A stretch of DNA of 63,872 nt, counting the filler, from Reclinomonas americana ATCC 50394 (lineage: Eukaryota): the NCBI GenBank assembly GCA_048213135.1. It is 8 parts of 8 records of this genome, joined end to end, with 100 filler letters (N's around TTAATTAATTAA, not from the genome) between each part and the next. Parts side by side here need not be neighbours in the genome. Positions count along the whole stretch, not along the records: positions 36,523 to 45,281 come from AFZH01020246.1; positions 45,382 to 48,477 come from AFZH01020247.1; positions 48,578 to 56,296 come from AFZH01020249.1; 5 more parts are not named here. The stretch is one strand, 5' to 3'. Under the pieces are notes generated by a model that made no database searches, was not told where the DNA came from, and saw only the letters and a list, made by a program, of their open reading frames with translations. Both the position numbers and the translations under genes were made by a program. Shown in pieces: positions 39,501-51,700 of this stretch (position 1 is its first letter; each line of letters opens with the position of its first letter).

Positions 39501-42500
39501 ACCAGGAAGCTGCGCACGAGGCTCTGCATCTTGACTGCGGCCGCGTTGCGGCGTTGCAGACGACGACGGCGAAGCACGCTGTGCAATTGCTGTGAGTTAC
39601 CACGACACGCGCGGCAAGGATTCTTTCTTTCTGTTCTCAGCACGCAACTCGACATAGTTGCGCTGCAACAGGGTGGCGGCGCTCTGCTGCTTGGCCACAC
39701 GACGGCGATCCAACTTGCCGCGCACAATAGCCTGCACGCACGTAACGGCGTGCAACTGGCGCTGCACCAGACGCTGCGCGCAAACGAAACGAGATTCAAT
39801 GGATGAGCAAGAGCCACTAACAAAGCGCAAGGCGACCGGGTCAACAAGGCACTCACCGCCTCAATGGCACGACGCACGGCGCTCTGAATGAGGTTCGCAG
39901 CCGCCTCATGCTGGTCGACAGAAGCGCGCGACAGGTGGCCACGGAACATGCGCTGCACGAGGCGGGCGCTTTCGTCGCGCTCGAGCAGCCGCTGGCGACT
40001 GATACGGGCGCGGAAGAAGCGCTGCACGCGCGTCGCCGCGGCGTGGCGAGAGGCCATCACTTGACGCACAGCAAAGCTGCGTGCCAGTGCCTGCATCTTG
40101 ATCACCGCCGGCAACACCGTCCGTGTGTACCAGCGGCGCTTCAGCAGCGCGCGCACCAGCGCGTTGGCACGGCACACCGAGCCGACCAGGTCCTTGAAGC
40201 GACGCACGGCCACAAAGCGACGCCACACTCGCTGCACGCGCACGGCTGCATGACGCTGTCGCTGATACGAGGCGCGCTACACACAAGAATCCAAAGGTAA
40301 GTAACCGTCGTTGGTGTATGAATGAGGTGGTGCACGAAACTTGCACATTGCCGCGGGCAATGGCCTGAATCTTGGTGCAGGCACGGTGCGCCATCTTGAG
40401 GCGCAAGCGCGCCAGCAGACCACGGGCCACAGCACGCACGCTCTCACGCAGCTTGCGCTCGGCGACCAACTGCAGACGAGCACGACGACCGCGGTACAAC
40501 GCTTGCAGGTAGCGCGCCGCCACGTGTCGCTCGGTGAGGCGCGCACGGGCTCGCAGACCGCGCACGCGCTTCTGAATCATGGTGGCCGCCTGCGACTTGC
40601 GCTGGAACTCGGCCGCCAGCTCCGCCGCCTGCAACTCCTCCAGTGCGGCCAGCTCCATGCGACGCCGCTTCTCGGCCTCCAAGCGCTGCGATGCGAGAGA
40701 GGGGATTCGGAGATGAGGGAACAGAGCGAGATAAAAATGACAGACTCGTGTTGTCGCACGCAACAGCCACGGCATTGCGGTACACAAACTGCAGCGACAG
40801 AATGGCACGCGCAAACTGGGCACGCCGACGGCGAATGCTGAATCCGCGCCATGCGCGCTGGATGCACAGGGCGGCCTGCGGCCACACCTTGTGCACCATC
40901 TTCATGGCGGCAAAGCGACGCCACACGCGCTGCACCAGTGTCGCCGAGCGATGGGCACGGCGCAGACGGAACTGGGCCAACCACCGGCGGGCCATCGACT
41001 GGGCATTCACCACATGCGCGCGGAAGCCGCGCCACTTCATCTGCTCCGAGAAGCCACGGAACACGCGCTGGAAGCAAACGGCACTCGAGCGGGCGTTCTG
41101 CGGCAAGGAGAAATGTGTCAGGAGAAGAGAAGGAGAAGAAAAAGCAAAAAGATGATTGATTGCAAAAACGAACCTTGAAGCGCGCCGAGTAGACCATGCG
41201 CAGCGCAAACGGCTCGATCTTGGCCGCGGCCTCACGCTGCTTGCGCACGCGCACACGCGCCAGGAAGCCACGAGCAATTCGTTGCAGCAAAAACACACAC
41301 TTGCGAATGTGCATGGCCTCGCGCAGTGCCTTCCAGCGACGGAACTGCGTCTGGATGAGCAGCGTTGCTTGGAACTCGCGCACAAACCACTTGAAGACGC
41401 GGTACAGACGCCAGCGGCTCTGCAGCAGCGTGGCCGCACGGCGTGCCTTGACTGCACGGAGAGCAAAGGAAATGTGAGTACACACAAGCATCACAAAGTC
41501 AAGACACCAACGGAGGGGACGCAACGGAAACGCAGACGACCGACAAAGCGCCGGGCGACCTTTTGCATCTGCAAGGCGGCAGCCATGCGACGTGCCACCA
41601 GACGACGATCCAGGAAGCCGCGAGCGGCACGCTGCATGTCGATGGCGGCCTTGTTGCGACGCTGCGCACGCATGTAGGCCAGGCAGTCGCGCCACCACAA
41701 CTGCAACTTGCCTGTGAGGTGGGAAACAAACAAATAGAGCGTTATTTGATTGAAGCAAGCACAGCAACACACACACACACACAAATAGGCAACCGGCACA
41801 AACCGATAGCAGCGCGCTTGTTGCGCAGACGCTTCTGCACTTGCAACTTGCGCACCCACGCTTGGATGGTGGCGGCCGCAGCGTGCTGTCGGCGAATGAC
41901 GGCCTTGGTCTTCCAGATCTGCGCCCAGTATTCGATCTTGGCCACGGCATGGCGTTTGCGTGCGTAATCCCTGGCGGCGAATGGTGAGACTCTAGACGAA
42001 TAAGATGAGATAACGTGCGCGCAAAGAGACGCTCACCGCTTGGCCAATCTTGTCCTGTAGAATGACTGGATGCGAATGGCGGCGCGCCGGCGACGTGCAA
42101 ACTGCAGCTTGCCGACAAAGCTCGACACGAAACGGAAGACAGTAATGGCGGCAGCTCGTGACCGCGAGAACCGCCGCCGACCAATCCACCGCTTGACCGA
42201 GGCCTGCAGGCGAGTGGCCGTTGAGTGCAGACGCTTGAGACGAGAGGCCACCAGGAAGCGACTGTGTGGGTGAAGACAGTGTGAGTATTAGAAGAGGGGG
42301 TAGAAAGACGAGAGATAGGGGCTCACCGAATCCACTTCTGCATGCGAAGGGCGGCCTGCAGACGACGAGCAGTGCGCAGGCGCGCGACAATGCGGCGGCA
42401 GTGTCTCTGCAGCACCATGACGGCAGCCGTCTGAATGACACGCAAACGGCGCTTCTGCAGCTGGCGCCAGTGGTACTGAATAACCAGCGCCGCTCCATGT

Positions 42501-45062
42501 CGCCTGTTCATCATCTTGCGCGTGCGGTGGCTCCGCACCAGTGCCTGCATCTTGACGGCACCCATGTACCGCCGGTACTCGTGCATGCGCGACTGGCGTC
42601 CCCGTGTGAAGCGCTGGAATGAAGTGACTGTGACGCAGAGGGGGAGAAAGGAAACATGAAAAAGTGAGTGGCAAGTGGACCATCAAAGCCACTTAGCAAC
42701 AACAGCACGAACGCACCTGATTTGTGCACGCGTGTAATGTGCTTCTGCACCCACATCATGCGTGCCGTCTTCTGCAGCAGCAGGACGGCACCGAGGCGCA
42801 GCTGATGCTGCTGCTGGTACACCTTGCGGCGGAAGCAGGCTTGCGTGTAACGGATGAGCTGCATGTGACGCTGGTAGACGTTGCGCTGCTTGAACATGCG
42901 CATCACCGACTGCAGCTTCATCGCCGCCTGCCGTTGCAGCTGCCACTGATCGAATGCCCACTTGCCGCGAATGGCCGCCTGCACCAGCGTGGCCTGTCGT
43001 TGCAGATCCAAGAAGTGCGTGCGCTCCTTCCAGCCACGGAAAGTGGCCACAATTAGCCGCGCGCTGGCATTCTCCACGGCGTCGCGCTTGTTTCCACGCC
43101 AGCGGGCCACCGCCACTTGCACCTTGCGCATGGCCTCGTGCTGCTCCTGCTCCACAATGCGCTGATGGTGACCGCGCCAGGTGGCCTGGATGCGAGCGGC
43201 CATGCGATGTTGCCGCTTGAGGCGGCAGCGAACGGCAAACGACTACAACGGGGGAAAGGGAGATGAATAGACGAGAAAAGGGAAGAGAGGGAATAAAATA
43301 GGGATGGCTTTGACACGAACCTTGATGACGGCCTGCACGCGGTACAGGTTCCTCCGCCAGTGCGACACGGTGCGACGGGCCACCACAGCCGCAGCCATGG
43401 ACTGCACCAGCGATGCCTGTGCCATCAGCAGGTGCACACGCTTGGTCTCCAGTCGGCGACGAATCACTGTCACACACAAAGGCGTTGAGACACAGCATCA
43501 CAGAAACACAAATCATGCTTCCACCACGTGACGAAACTCGACTGGCACACCGCAGCGGCCTTGTGCAGGGCGCGCATGTAAACACGAGTCTTCCAGCCGA
43601 CAAACGCCGCCTGGATCTTTGCGGCGGCAGCAAACAGCTTGGCCGCGCGTATCCTCCGCGCACTCTCGTTGGACCAGTAGCCGCGCCACGTGGCCTGAAT
43701 CTTGACGGCGGCCTTGCGCGCCAACACGTCCTTGCGGTAGTCGCGCACCGCCTGCACTGCCATGTTGCGATTCTTGGCACCACGGCTCTCCTCCGGCTGC
43801 CACTTGCGGACCTCGGAGGAGAAGAGACCAGAACGACGGAGAGCAACGGTTTGGTTCTTGAGCTGCGGGGGAAATGGAAAGTGAGACAAAGAGGGCAGCA
43901 AGCAATATTCTTCTTCTTCTTTTCCCGTCACTCACCCCTGCCTGCGCCGCGGCTGGCACACGTCGGCGAGCACGCGGAGAGACCACTGTTGGCTTCTGCG
44001 GCGGCACAGGTCCAGTGGACTGCAGTGCGCCTGAATCGGCAGACGAACCCATCAGCCGGGAGGCCGGCACACGCACTGGCACCTCCAGCGAGCTGGTCAT
44101 GCGTGGCGACGACGGTGCACCTGTACGAGGACGGGGATTGAGCATCGAACATCGGCTCCTATTCTTTTTTCCTTGTCGCCTCCACCACTCACCTCGCACT
44201 GGCGACTGATTGCGGTGCTGCGAGTAGTACACACGCAGTGGTGGTGGTCGCACGGCCGAGTCGAACACATCCGACACTTGCGAGCTCCACCGCGAACGCG
44301 GCAAAAAGTCTGGTGGCAACCGCGAGCGCACCAGGAATCCACGAAACGCCGCTTGAATGGCCACAGCGGCCTCGCGACGGCGACTGGCCGTGCTGCGAGG
44401 CAGACCGGCGCGCTGGCGACCCGAAACCAATTCCTCGCGCATCCGTCGCAACGCTTCGTTGCGCACCGCCTCGCCCTCACGCATGGCGTTGCGCTTGCGC
44501 ACCATGAAGGAGCGCCAGGCGGCCTGAATCCGCTTGGCGCTGTCCTCGCGCTTCATCGTGTGCGCCACACCGGCGCGCCACAACACTGTCTGGTACCGCT
44601 TCTGCTGTGAGACGGCCACCGTGGAGGCGGCCGAGGCGGCGGTGCCGGGGCGCGATCGCCCGTCCAATTCCACCAGCCGACCCATGGCCGAGCTGGCGAC
44701 GGAGCGCGGACGCGACACACCCGGCGACGACGTCTGAATTGGTGGCAAGAAACCGGCCTCGCTGTTCATCGAACCGAGCGAGATGGCCGGCTGTGCCGCC
44801 ACCTCGCGCTTTCTCCGCTGGCGACGCACAAACAGTGCCTCGCGCTCGTCAATGTGTCGCTTCGACTCCACCAGTGCCGCGTGCAGCCGTTCGCGCACGG
44901 GGTGCTGTGCCGGCAAATGCTCCACCGCCAGCTGGTTGGCCAGTTCGTGGTACGGGAGTGCCTCGTCGACGCGGCCCAGGCGGTCCAGCGCGCAGCCGAG
45001 GTTGTGGTTGGTCATGCAGAGCATGGGGTAGAGGTCGGCGGGGAGTGCGGGGGCGTCGGCCT
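36523..45062 (-). CDS. Giant IQ-motif (calmodulin-binding) repeat protein with an N-terminal TPR-like segment (ASPM-like IQ array), partial at both ends
   Basis: Dozens of IQxxxRGxxxR motifs across exons, e.g. AKRIQAAWRSF, AVAIQAAFRGF, AVKIQATWRGY, IITLQRYARGY. The first visible exon has the TPR-like 'MTNHNLGCALDRLGRVDEALPYHELA...HP'. Confidence 0.85.
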
Positions 45063-45218
45063 CTGGAGGGGGGGAGAAGGGGAAAGGGGAATGAGAGTGA
45101 GAAGGAGGGGGAAGGAGGGGGGAAGAGAAAGGGGAAGGAGGGGGAAGAGAAAGGGGGAAGAGGGAGAAGAGAAAGGGGGAAGAGGGAGAAGGGAAGCGAG
45201 TGAAGGGAGCACGGAGCA

Positions 45219-45223
<5 letters not shown>

Positions 45224-45276
<53 letters not shown>

Positions 45277-45381
45277 GTACGNNNNNNNNNNNNNNNNNNN
45301 NNNNNNNNNNNNNNNNNNNNNNNNNTTAATTAATTAANNNNNNNNNNNNNNNNNNNNNNNNNNNNNNNNNNNNNNNNNNNN

Positions 45382-45447
<66 letters not shown>
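45224..45447. repeat. (GA)n microsatellites flanking a gap
   Basis: Pure GA dinucleotide runs on both sides of spacer 45282-45381. Confidence 0.9.
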
Positions 45448-45449
<2 letters not shown>

Positions 45450-45651
45450 CAAGACTTAGTCTCGTTCTGTCTCTTTCTCTCGTTTCTCACGTGCACACTC
45501 GTTCACTCATCCTTGAAGACAAGCACAGTGAGAGCTCTATTGCCAAAGATGGTATGCAAGCGTCAACAATGCACACAGAGTAATGAGGCAGGCTCAGTTT
45601 CCTGCAATATCACAGAGAGAGAGAGAGAAACAAAGTCTCTCCTCCTGTTCT

Positions 45652-45935
45652 CCTCCTCCTTGTCTTCCTCTTCCTGTTCTTGCTCTTCTCCTTCTTCTTG
45701 TTGTTATTGTTGTTGTTGTTGTTCTCCTTTTTGGTCTCCTTTTTCTTCTTTATCATCTTCTTCTGGTGTTGTTCTTGTTCTTCTTCTTCTACTTCTTCTT
45801 CATCTTCTTCGTCTTGTTGCTGTTCTTCTTCTTCCTCTTCTTCTTCTCCATCTTCTTCTCCTTCTCCATCTTCTCCTCCTCCTTCTTCTACTCCTCTTCC
45901 TCCTTCTTCTTCTTCTTCTCTCTCTCTCTCTCTCT
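45652..45935. repeat. Low-complexity (CTT/GTT/CT)n tract upstream of the first visible CFAP99 exon
   Basis: Read directly from the sequence. Confidence 0.85.
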
Positions 45936-45986
45936 GTCTATCTATATCTCTGTTGTTGTTGTCTTTCCTCATCATGTCGTTCGCAG

Positions 45987-48263
45987 ATTACCGACGAGGA
46001 CGATGCCGTGTTCGTCCAGCAAGTGGTCACTGGTCATTATCGATACAAGAAGCTGCTGCAGGTTTGTACCCCCCCCCCTTCTTCTCTCTCGCATATGCTC
46101 CCTGTGTTCCATGTGTCCATTTGTCTCCACATTCCTCCTCGTCACCCTCTCTTGCCCTTCCCTCATTTCTCTTCTCGCAGTCCACCGTCAAAGAGTACTA
46201 CGAAGTGCAGACGGGTGCGGCCAATGGCGATCGACTGATGTATCAAGTGCTGGCCTACCTGCTGCTGTTCCGCCTGAGCGAGCTCGGCATGCCGGCGTTC
46301 CGCATGCTGTGCAACTCGCAAACCTCCCTCAAGGTATGTCGGCAACAAATTGCTCTATTCTCACCCTCACTGTCGGTTCTCACACTGGGGGGCAGGCGCA
46401 ACCATTTCTGAAATTCATGCTGGATCGCGAGATTGTGGACCAGCGACTGCGCGCGCAATGGCAGCTGTTGTACGATCCGCAGTGGATTCAGGACTCGCTG
46501 GTGCAGCCGGTGGAGAATCAGCGTGTGGAGCTGGAGCAGTACCTGTTGGCGCTCACCGAGGAGGTCAGTGGCTCACGGCGGCCGTCGCCGGCGGATACGC
46601 CCGAAGCAACGGCCACCAAGACCACGGTGCCGCAGCCATTCCACTTGACGAGACCAAAGCCGCGAGCGGTGCCAGAGCCGGAACCGCTGAGTGAGCCGTT
46701 TGAGGTGAGGAGGGGAAAACAGTGACGCTTAGTATTCAACCGGTCGGTTGTGTGCTGAGCAAATTATTTGTCTCGCAGTCCAAACCCGTTCCCAAATCGA
46801 CCTACAAGGCCCCCGCACACACGGAGGAGGCACTGAAGGCGTTTAGAGAGACGCGCAAGGTGTGCACACCCCCACCTCTTTCTCCTTTGTTTATTCCTCA
46901 TTCTCATCACGTCGAGCAGCCGGTCTCCACCGTGGCACGCAAGGGCGGCGAGGCACCACCACGCGTGCTGCCCGATATGGCGCCCAAGTTGCACACATCG
47001 ACGCGACCGAGCAACTTTGACAAGCTGCGCGAGGAGGTGGAGCGGGAACGTCTGGCCAAGTTGATGGAGACGGCGCCGCAGCGGCGTGAGGTGCCGGATG
47101 TGGAAAAAGTGCGCGCTCGTCTCTCCAAATTCTCGGGGGCGCAGGTCAAGCTGAATGCCGCGGCGATTTTGCGAGAAGACGCCGTGTACAAGAAGAAGCA
47201 AGACGAGGAAGCGCGGGCACTGAAGGCATACGAGCAGGATTTGCGTGACGCCTCCGAATTCTCCGAGTGGCAGGAAGACATGAGACTACGAGGTGCGTGA
47301 CTCCATTGTCTGCCTTGCTTGTCGCTCTTTCTCTTCCGCTCATGGAGTGGGCGTGCAGATCAAATGCAACGCGAATCTGAGATTCAGGCTCGCAAACTGG
47401 AGATGCAGTTGGCGGAGGAGGAGGCGCGTGAGGCGCGGTTGCGCAACGAGGCCTACAATCGCGAAATCGCCGATCGTGAAAAGAGAAAAATCGCGGAGCT
47501 GCTCGACGAGAAGGCCAAGCAAGATGCCGAGGCGGAGCTGCAGAGAAGACTCGATGCGGAGGAGCAAGCGCGCTCCACCAAGGAGGCGCTGGAGCAGAGC
47601 CGGAAAAAGCTGGAGGACGAACGGCGGGCACAGGCGGCCGACATGAAGAAGCAGCGCATCGAGAATGAGATGATGGTCGCCCAGAGGTGAGTGGTGCCAC
47701 TGACGAGTTCTTGGGGGGTAAAGTCAACACTTGCTCACCCTTCTTCTCCCCGTGTTCACAGAATGGAGGAGGAGCGACTGCGCAAGGAGGACCTGATTCG
47801 CCAGATCCGCGCCCTGCAAAACGTGCCAAACCCGAACCTGCCCGTGTTCGACCCCACCGAGTCGTCGGGCATTGGTCTGCTCAACGAAATGTCGCTGGCG
47901 GAACTGCGCGAGCGGCTGGCGTTTGAAAAGGAACGACAGCGACTGGCGGAGGTGGCCAAGCGGCAGGAGATTGTGGCGCACAAGCAGGAGCGGGAGGCGG
48001 AGTTGCAGGCCAAGTTGGAGAACATTCAAAAGTTCCGCCAGGCGGCCAAGCGCGACGCGCAGGAGAGGAGAGAGTCGTCGCATGCGGTGCGCGCCAAGCA
48101 AATGTCGGAGGAGAAGGTGCGGGACGATGAGCGCATTCTGCAGCTGCAGGAGAAGCTGCAGCAGAAGCGGGCGGAGAGGAATGAGCGTGAGTCGCAGCGC
48201 AAGGCGGAGGAGAAGGCCAAGCGGGTGCAGCAGCAGTTTTCCAGGGCGAATGCGGCGGCAAGA
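45987..48263 (+). CDS. CFAP99: Cilia- and flagella-associated protein 99, partial
   Basis: Motifs 'DAVFVQQVVTGHYRYKKLL', 'LAYLLLFRLSELG', 'WQLLYDPQWIQD', 'TTVPQPFHLTRPKPR', 'VKLNAAAILRED', 'LRDASEFSEWQ' and 'FDPTESSGIGLLNEMSLAELRERL', plus long coiled coils. Confidence 0.88.
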
Positions 48264-48398
48264 GGTGGGTGGGGAGCGGGTGGAGGGGTAGGGGAAGGGA
48301 GGAGAGAGGGAGGGAGAAGAGAAGAAGAAGAAGACGAGTATGAGGTGAGAGCGACAGGTGTGAGGCTAGTCACATTTGTCAATCGATACATAAAGCAG

Positions 48399-48443
<45 letters not shown>

Positions 48444-48628
48444 AGTAGGTAGGTACGGTACGGTTACCGGTAACCGGNNNNNNNNNNNNNNNNNNNNNNN
48501 NNNNNNNNNNNNNNNNNNNNNTTAATTAATTAANNNNNNNNNNNNNNNNNNNNNNNNNNNNNNNNNNNNNNNNNNNNACGTACGTACGTACGTACGTACG
48601 TACGTCGTCGTCGTACGTCGTCGTCGTC

Positions 48629-48707
<79 letters not shown>

Positions 48708-48730
48708 CTCTCTCTTTTTAAATGTCTCAG

Positions 48731-51700
48731 TCATTGGTGTTCGCGTCACGTAGTGTCTCACCTGGGTGGTGCATGTCACACAGCTGCCGACCAGGAGCAC
48801 GTGGAACACACAGCGATGGAAGGCATTGTCGAGGTACACTGATTGTGTGTCATCCCATTATGAGCATGTCTCTAACTGAACTCTCTCGCTCTCTCTTTCA
48901 TGGCATGATTGCACAGCAACATGCGAGGAGGCGGCGAGTAGATTCGTCCCTGGTTGATCACGGTGAGAACTTGCCTGCACGTGGCTCAGATGAGACATCA
49001 TCCCGCAAACGATCTCTGGAGGTGAACTCCGATGAGGCATGCGTCTCACTTGCATCTATCGCTCGTACATCGCAGTTGACACCTGATGTTTTTCCTCATT
49101 CTTTGCAGGTGGATGCATCCAGCGATGACGAGCTTGCGCCGCCAAAGAAGAAGAAGATGGTATGGATTCTGTCACTGACATTGTTGTACTTGTTCATCAA
49201 TCTGCATTTGGGCTCTCTGGTGTGTCAATGACGCGTGGTGTGAATTCACAGCGTGGCAAATCTCGAGCTGCGAAAACCCCAGTGGAGCTGAGCGCAGACG
49301 AGAAGCTGCTGCTGAACAAGCTGCTTGTTGCGTGTGCATGCTCTCTCTGGCATCGTTGCAACGCCTTCAGTCTCCTCCTTCTCCTCGTCACACTCACCAT
49401 TCTTCTTATATCACTCACAGCGATGCAATCGGAAAAGGATTCTGGTGAAGGCGTTTGGCCTGATGGCACCTACTGTTCAAGGGTCCACAGTAGTCCACCA
49501 TCAGAGTGCTCTCTTTGAGCTGGCCTGTGACGACTGCAGAATTCCATCGTCGGAGCTGGGTCGTACTTCAAGTGTAGTCAGGTGCACATTCGGGAAAAAG
49601 CTAGGGGAGACCGCAGAGCACTCACGCACCAAAACGCCCAAGTCTGTGAAGGGTGTGCTCCAGAGCGTGAGCAAGTACATCGAGGTGAGCATGCATGTTT
49701 GCCTTGTGACGATTGTGGTATGTAAACCAACAAGCAGACGACCGCACAACGCAGATGAGCCAGCTCAGTGGCGCGGCTCTGGTGGATGCTGTTGAGAGAC
49801 CACTGATAATGGTTGATGTGCGCGGGTATTCAGAGGTGCGTTTATGTTACTCGATCTTGTGTCTGTTGCGATCTTGTCGATTGAACTTCGCTCACTCGGC
49901 TTGCATGTGACAGGAATCGTGGGAGAGATTGACGCCAAACAGCAAAGCGCTGAAAGACCGTCATCAGCCGTTTGTCACCGAGGCCATGAATGCGCTGCGC
50001 GAGTGCGATGGTCTTCTGACTTCTCTGCTTCGAGACAACCACCTCTCTCAGGCCGAGATTGCACGCGCCGTCACGTGGTGCCAATCAAAAGGTCTGCAAC
50101 TTCATGCTGCTCTTGTTTTTGCATGCACCGGTGCTTGACCAGCATTACGCAGAATCTGGCGATGTGAAAATGGTGGTGAAGAAAGACGACGATGGCATCA
50201 AGCATGAAGATGACACCAAGGTGAGCATCAACAGTTCGTGAATGACGAAGACTGGGTGTGTCTTCGTGGGCTCGGCCACGCGCTGATGCGTTGCGTTCAC
50301 AGGAGGATGCAGGAAGTGATGATGGTGAAGAATCAATTCCGAGAAAGGTACGACGTTGTCGCCGCCTGTGTATGGCTTGGGAGGCAGTTGTGTTGATAGT
50401 TGATGTCTCATGGGGTGCGTATTTGCAGCGCGTCAAGTGCGGTCGCCGTTTGTATGATGTGGATATGAGCAAGGACGACCGAATTGTGCTGGACAGACTG
50501 CTTGTTGCGTGTTTATGTGCTGCAATACCCCAGCAAGGCAGATTAGTTGCACTCTGCCATGTGCTTGCTTGTCATTTAATGGCACCTGGTGCGTGCGTCG
50601 ATGTGTGCGAACAGCGGTGCAACAAGAAGAAGCTATTGGTGACGGCATTCGGCATTATGGCGCCGATTCTGAAACGAACCGCAGTCTTTCATCATCGACG
50701 CCTACTTTTTGAACTCGCTTGCAAGGAGCACGGCATTTATTCGTCTGGAGCCGGCAGTTCGTCATCCGCGGTCATGGACACATTCAGCAAGAATCTTGGC
50801 AGCGTCGCCCAATGTTTGCGCACTAAGAAGTCGGCGTCAGTTGAAGGAGTGCTTCAGAGCATGAGCGACTTCATCGAGGTGAGCATCGGTCTGTGCCATC
50901 CATCTCACACGTGACTGCAAAGTGAACCAATATTAATACATTTGTAACTCTTGCAGAAGAGTGAACTGCGCGGCGCAGCTCTGGCGGATGCCATTGAGAG
51001 ACCACTGATTGTGGTTGATGAACGGGGCCATTCGGAGGTGTGGAAACTTTCCATTTTGTGCTCTCTGCATTTCCCGATTTGTGTCCACTCACTCGCTTCT
51101 TTCACGATGTCGAATGTGCTTCAGGAGTCATGGAAGATGATGAAGAAGAAGCTGAAGGGCAACGACCTTCTCCTGCCTCTCATCGCCCAGGCCGCGCAGG
51201 CCCTGCGTGAGTATCCTGGCTTGCAAGTGTCGCTGATTCGAGACGGCTGTCTCTCCGAGGCGGAGATAGCACGGGCCGTCGAGTGGTGCAGCGAAAGAGG
51301 TTTGGTTACAGCAGGATCGTTCTATTGTGCGAGATGTCAGGCTGACGAGCGAGATGCAGCTCTGCTGGAGGCCAAGGTGCTGAAGAAAGAAGAGATGCAG
51401 GAGGACGAAAAGGAGGAAAAGGAGGATTCGAGGGTCGACGGGGAGGAGGATGAGGACGATGACATGGGTGAGAGTAACAGGAGCAAGGTACGACCATGAA
51501 TGATGGGGTGAGTGCATACTGGCATCGTCTCATGGAGCGCATTCACAGCGACAAGAGAGTGATTCTCACACTATGAGCAAGGACGAACAACTGATGCTGG
51601 CGAGGATACTTGTTGCGTTTGATTGCAGTCTTGTCCTTCTTTGGTAGTCGTCTTGCTGAGTGTGTGTTCATCGCACCTCTCATTTGGTTCGTGCGAGAGC

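Noticed and set aside
289..48263. Functional clustering of DNA-repair genes (FANCI, PRKDC) or ciliary genes (CFAP99, C2/TG-like, IQ)
   Set aside because: The genes are separated by unrelated genes and gaps of unknown size, so there is no evidence beyond chance.
48440..48630. ACGT/TACG-type tandem runs next to gaps (also 45276-45281)
   Set aside because: They occur only at contig ends beside microsatellites and look like low-quality read-end (flow-order) artefacts.
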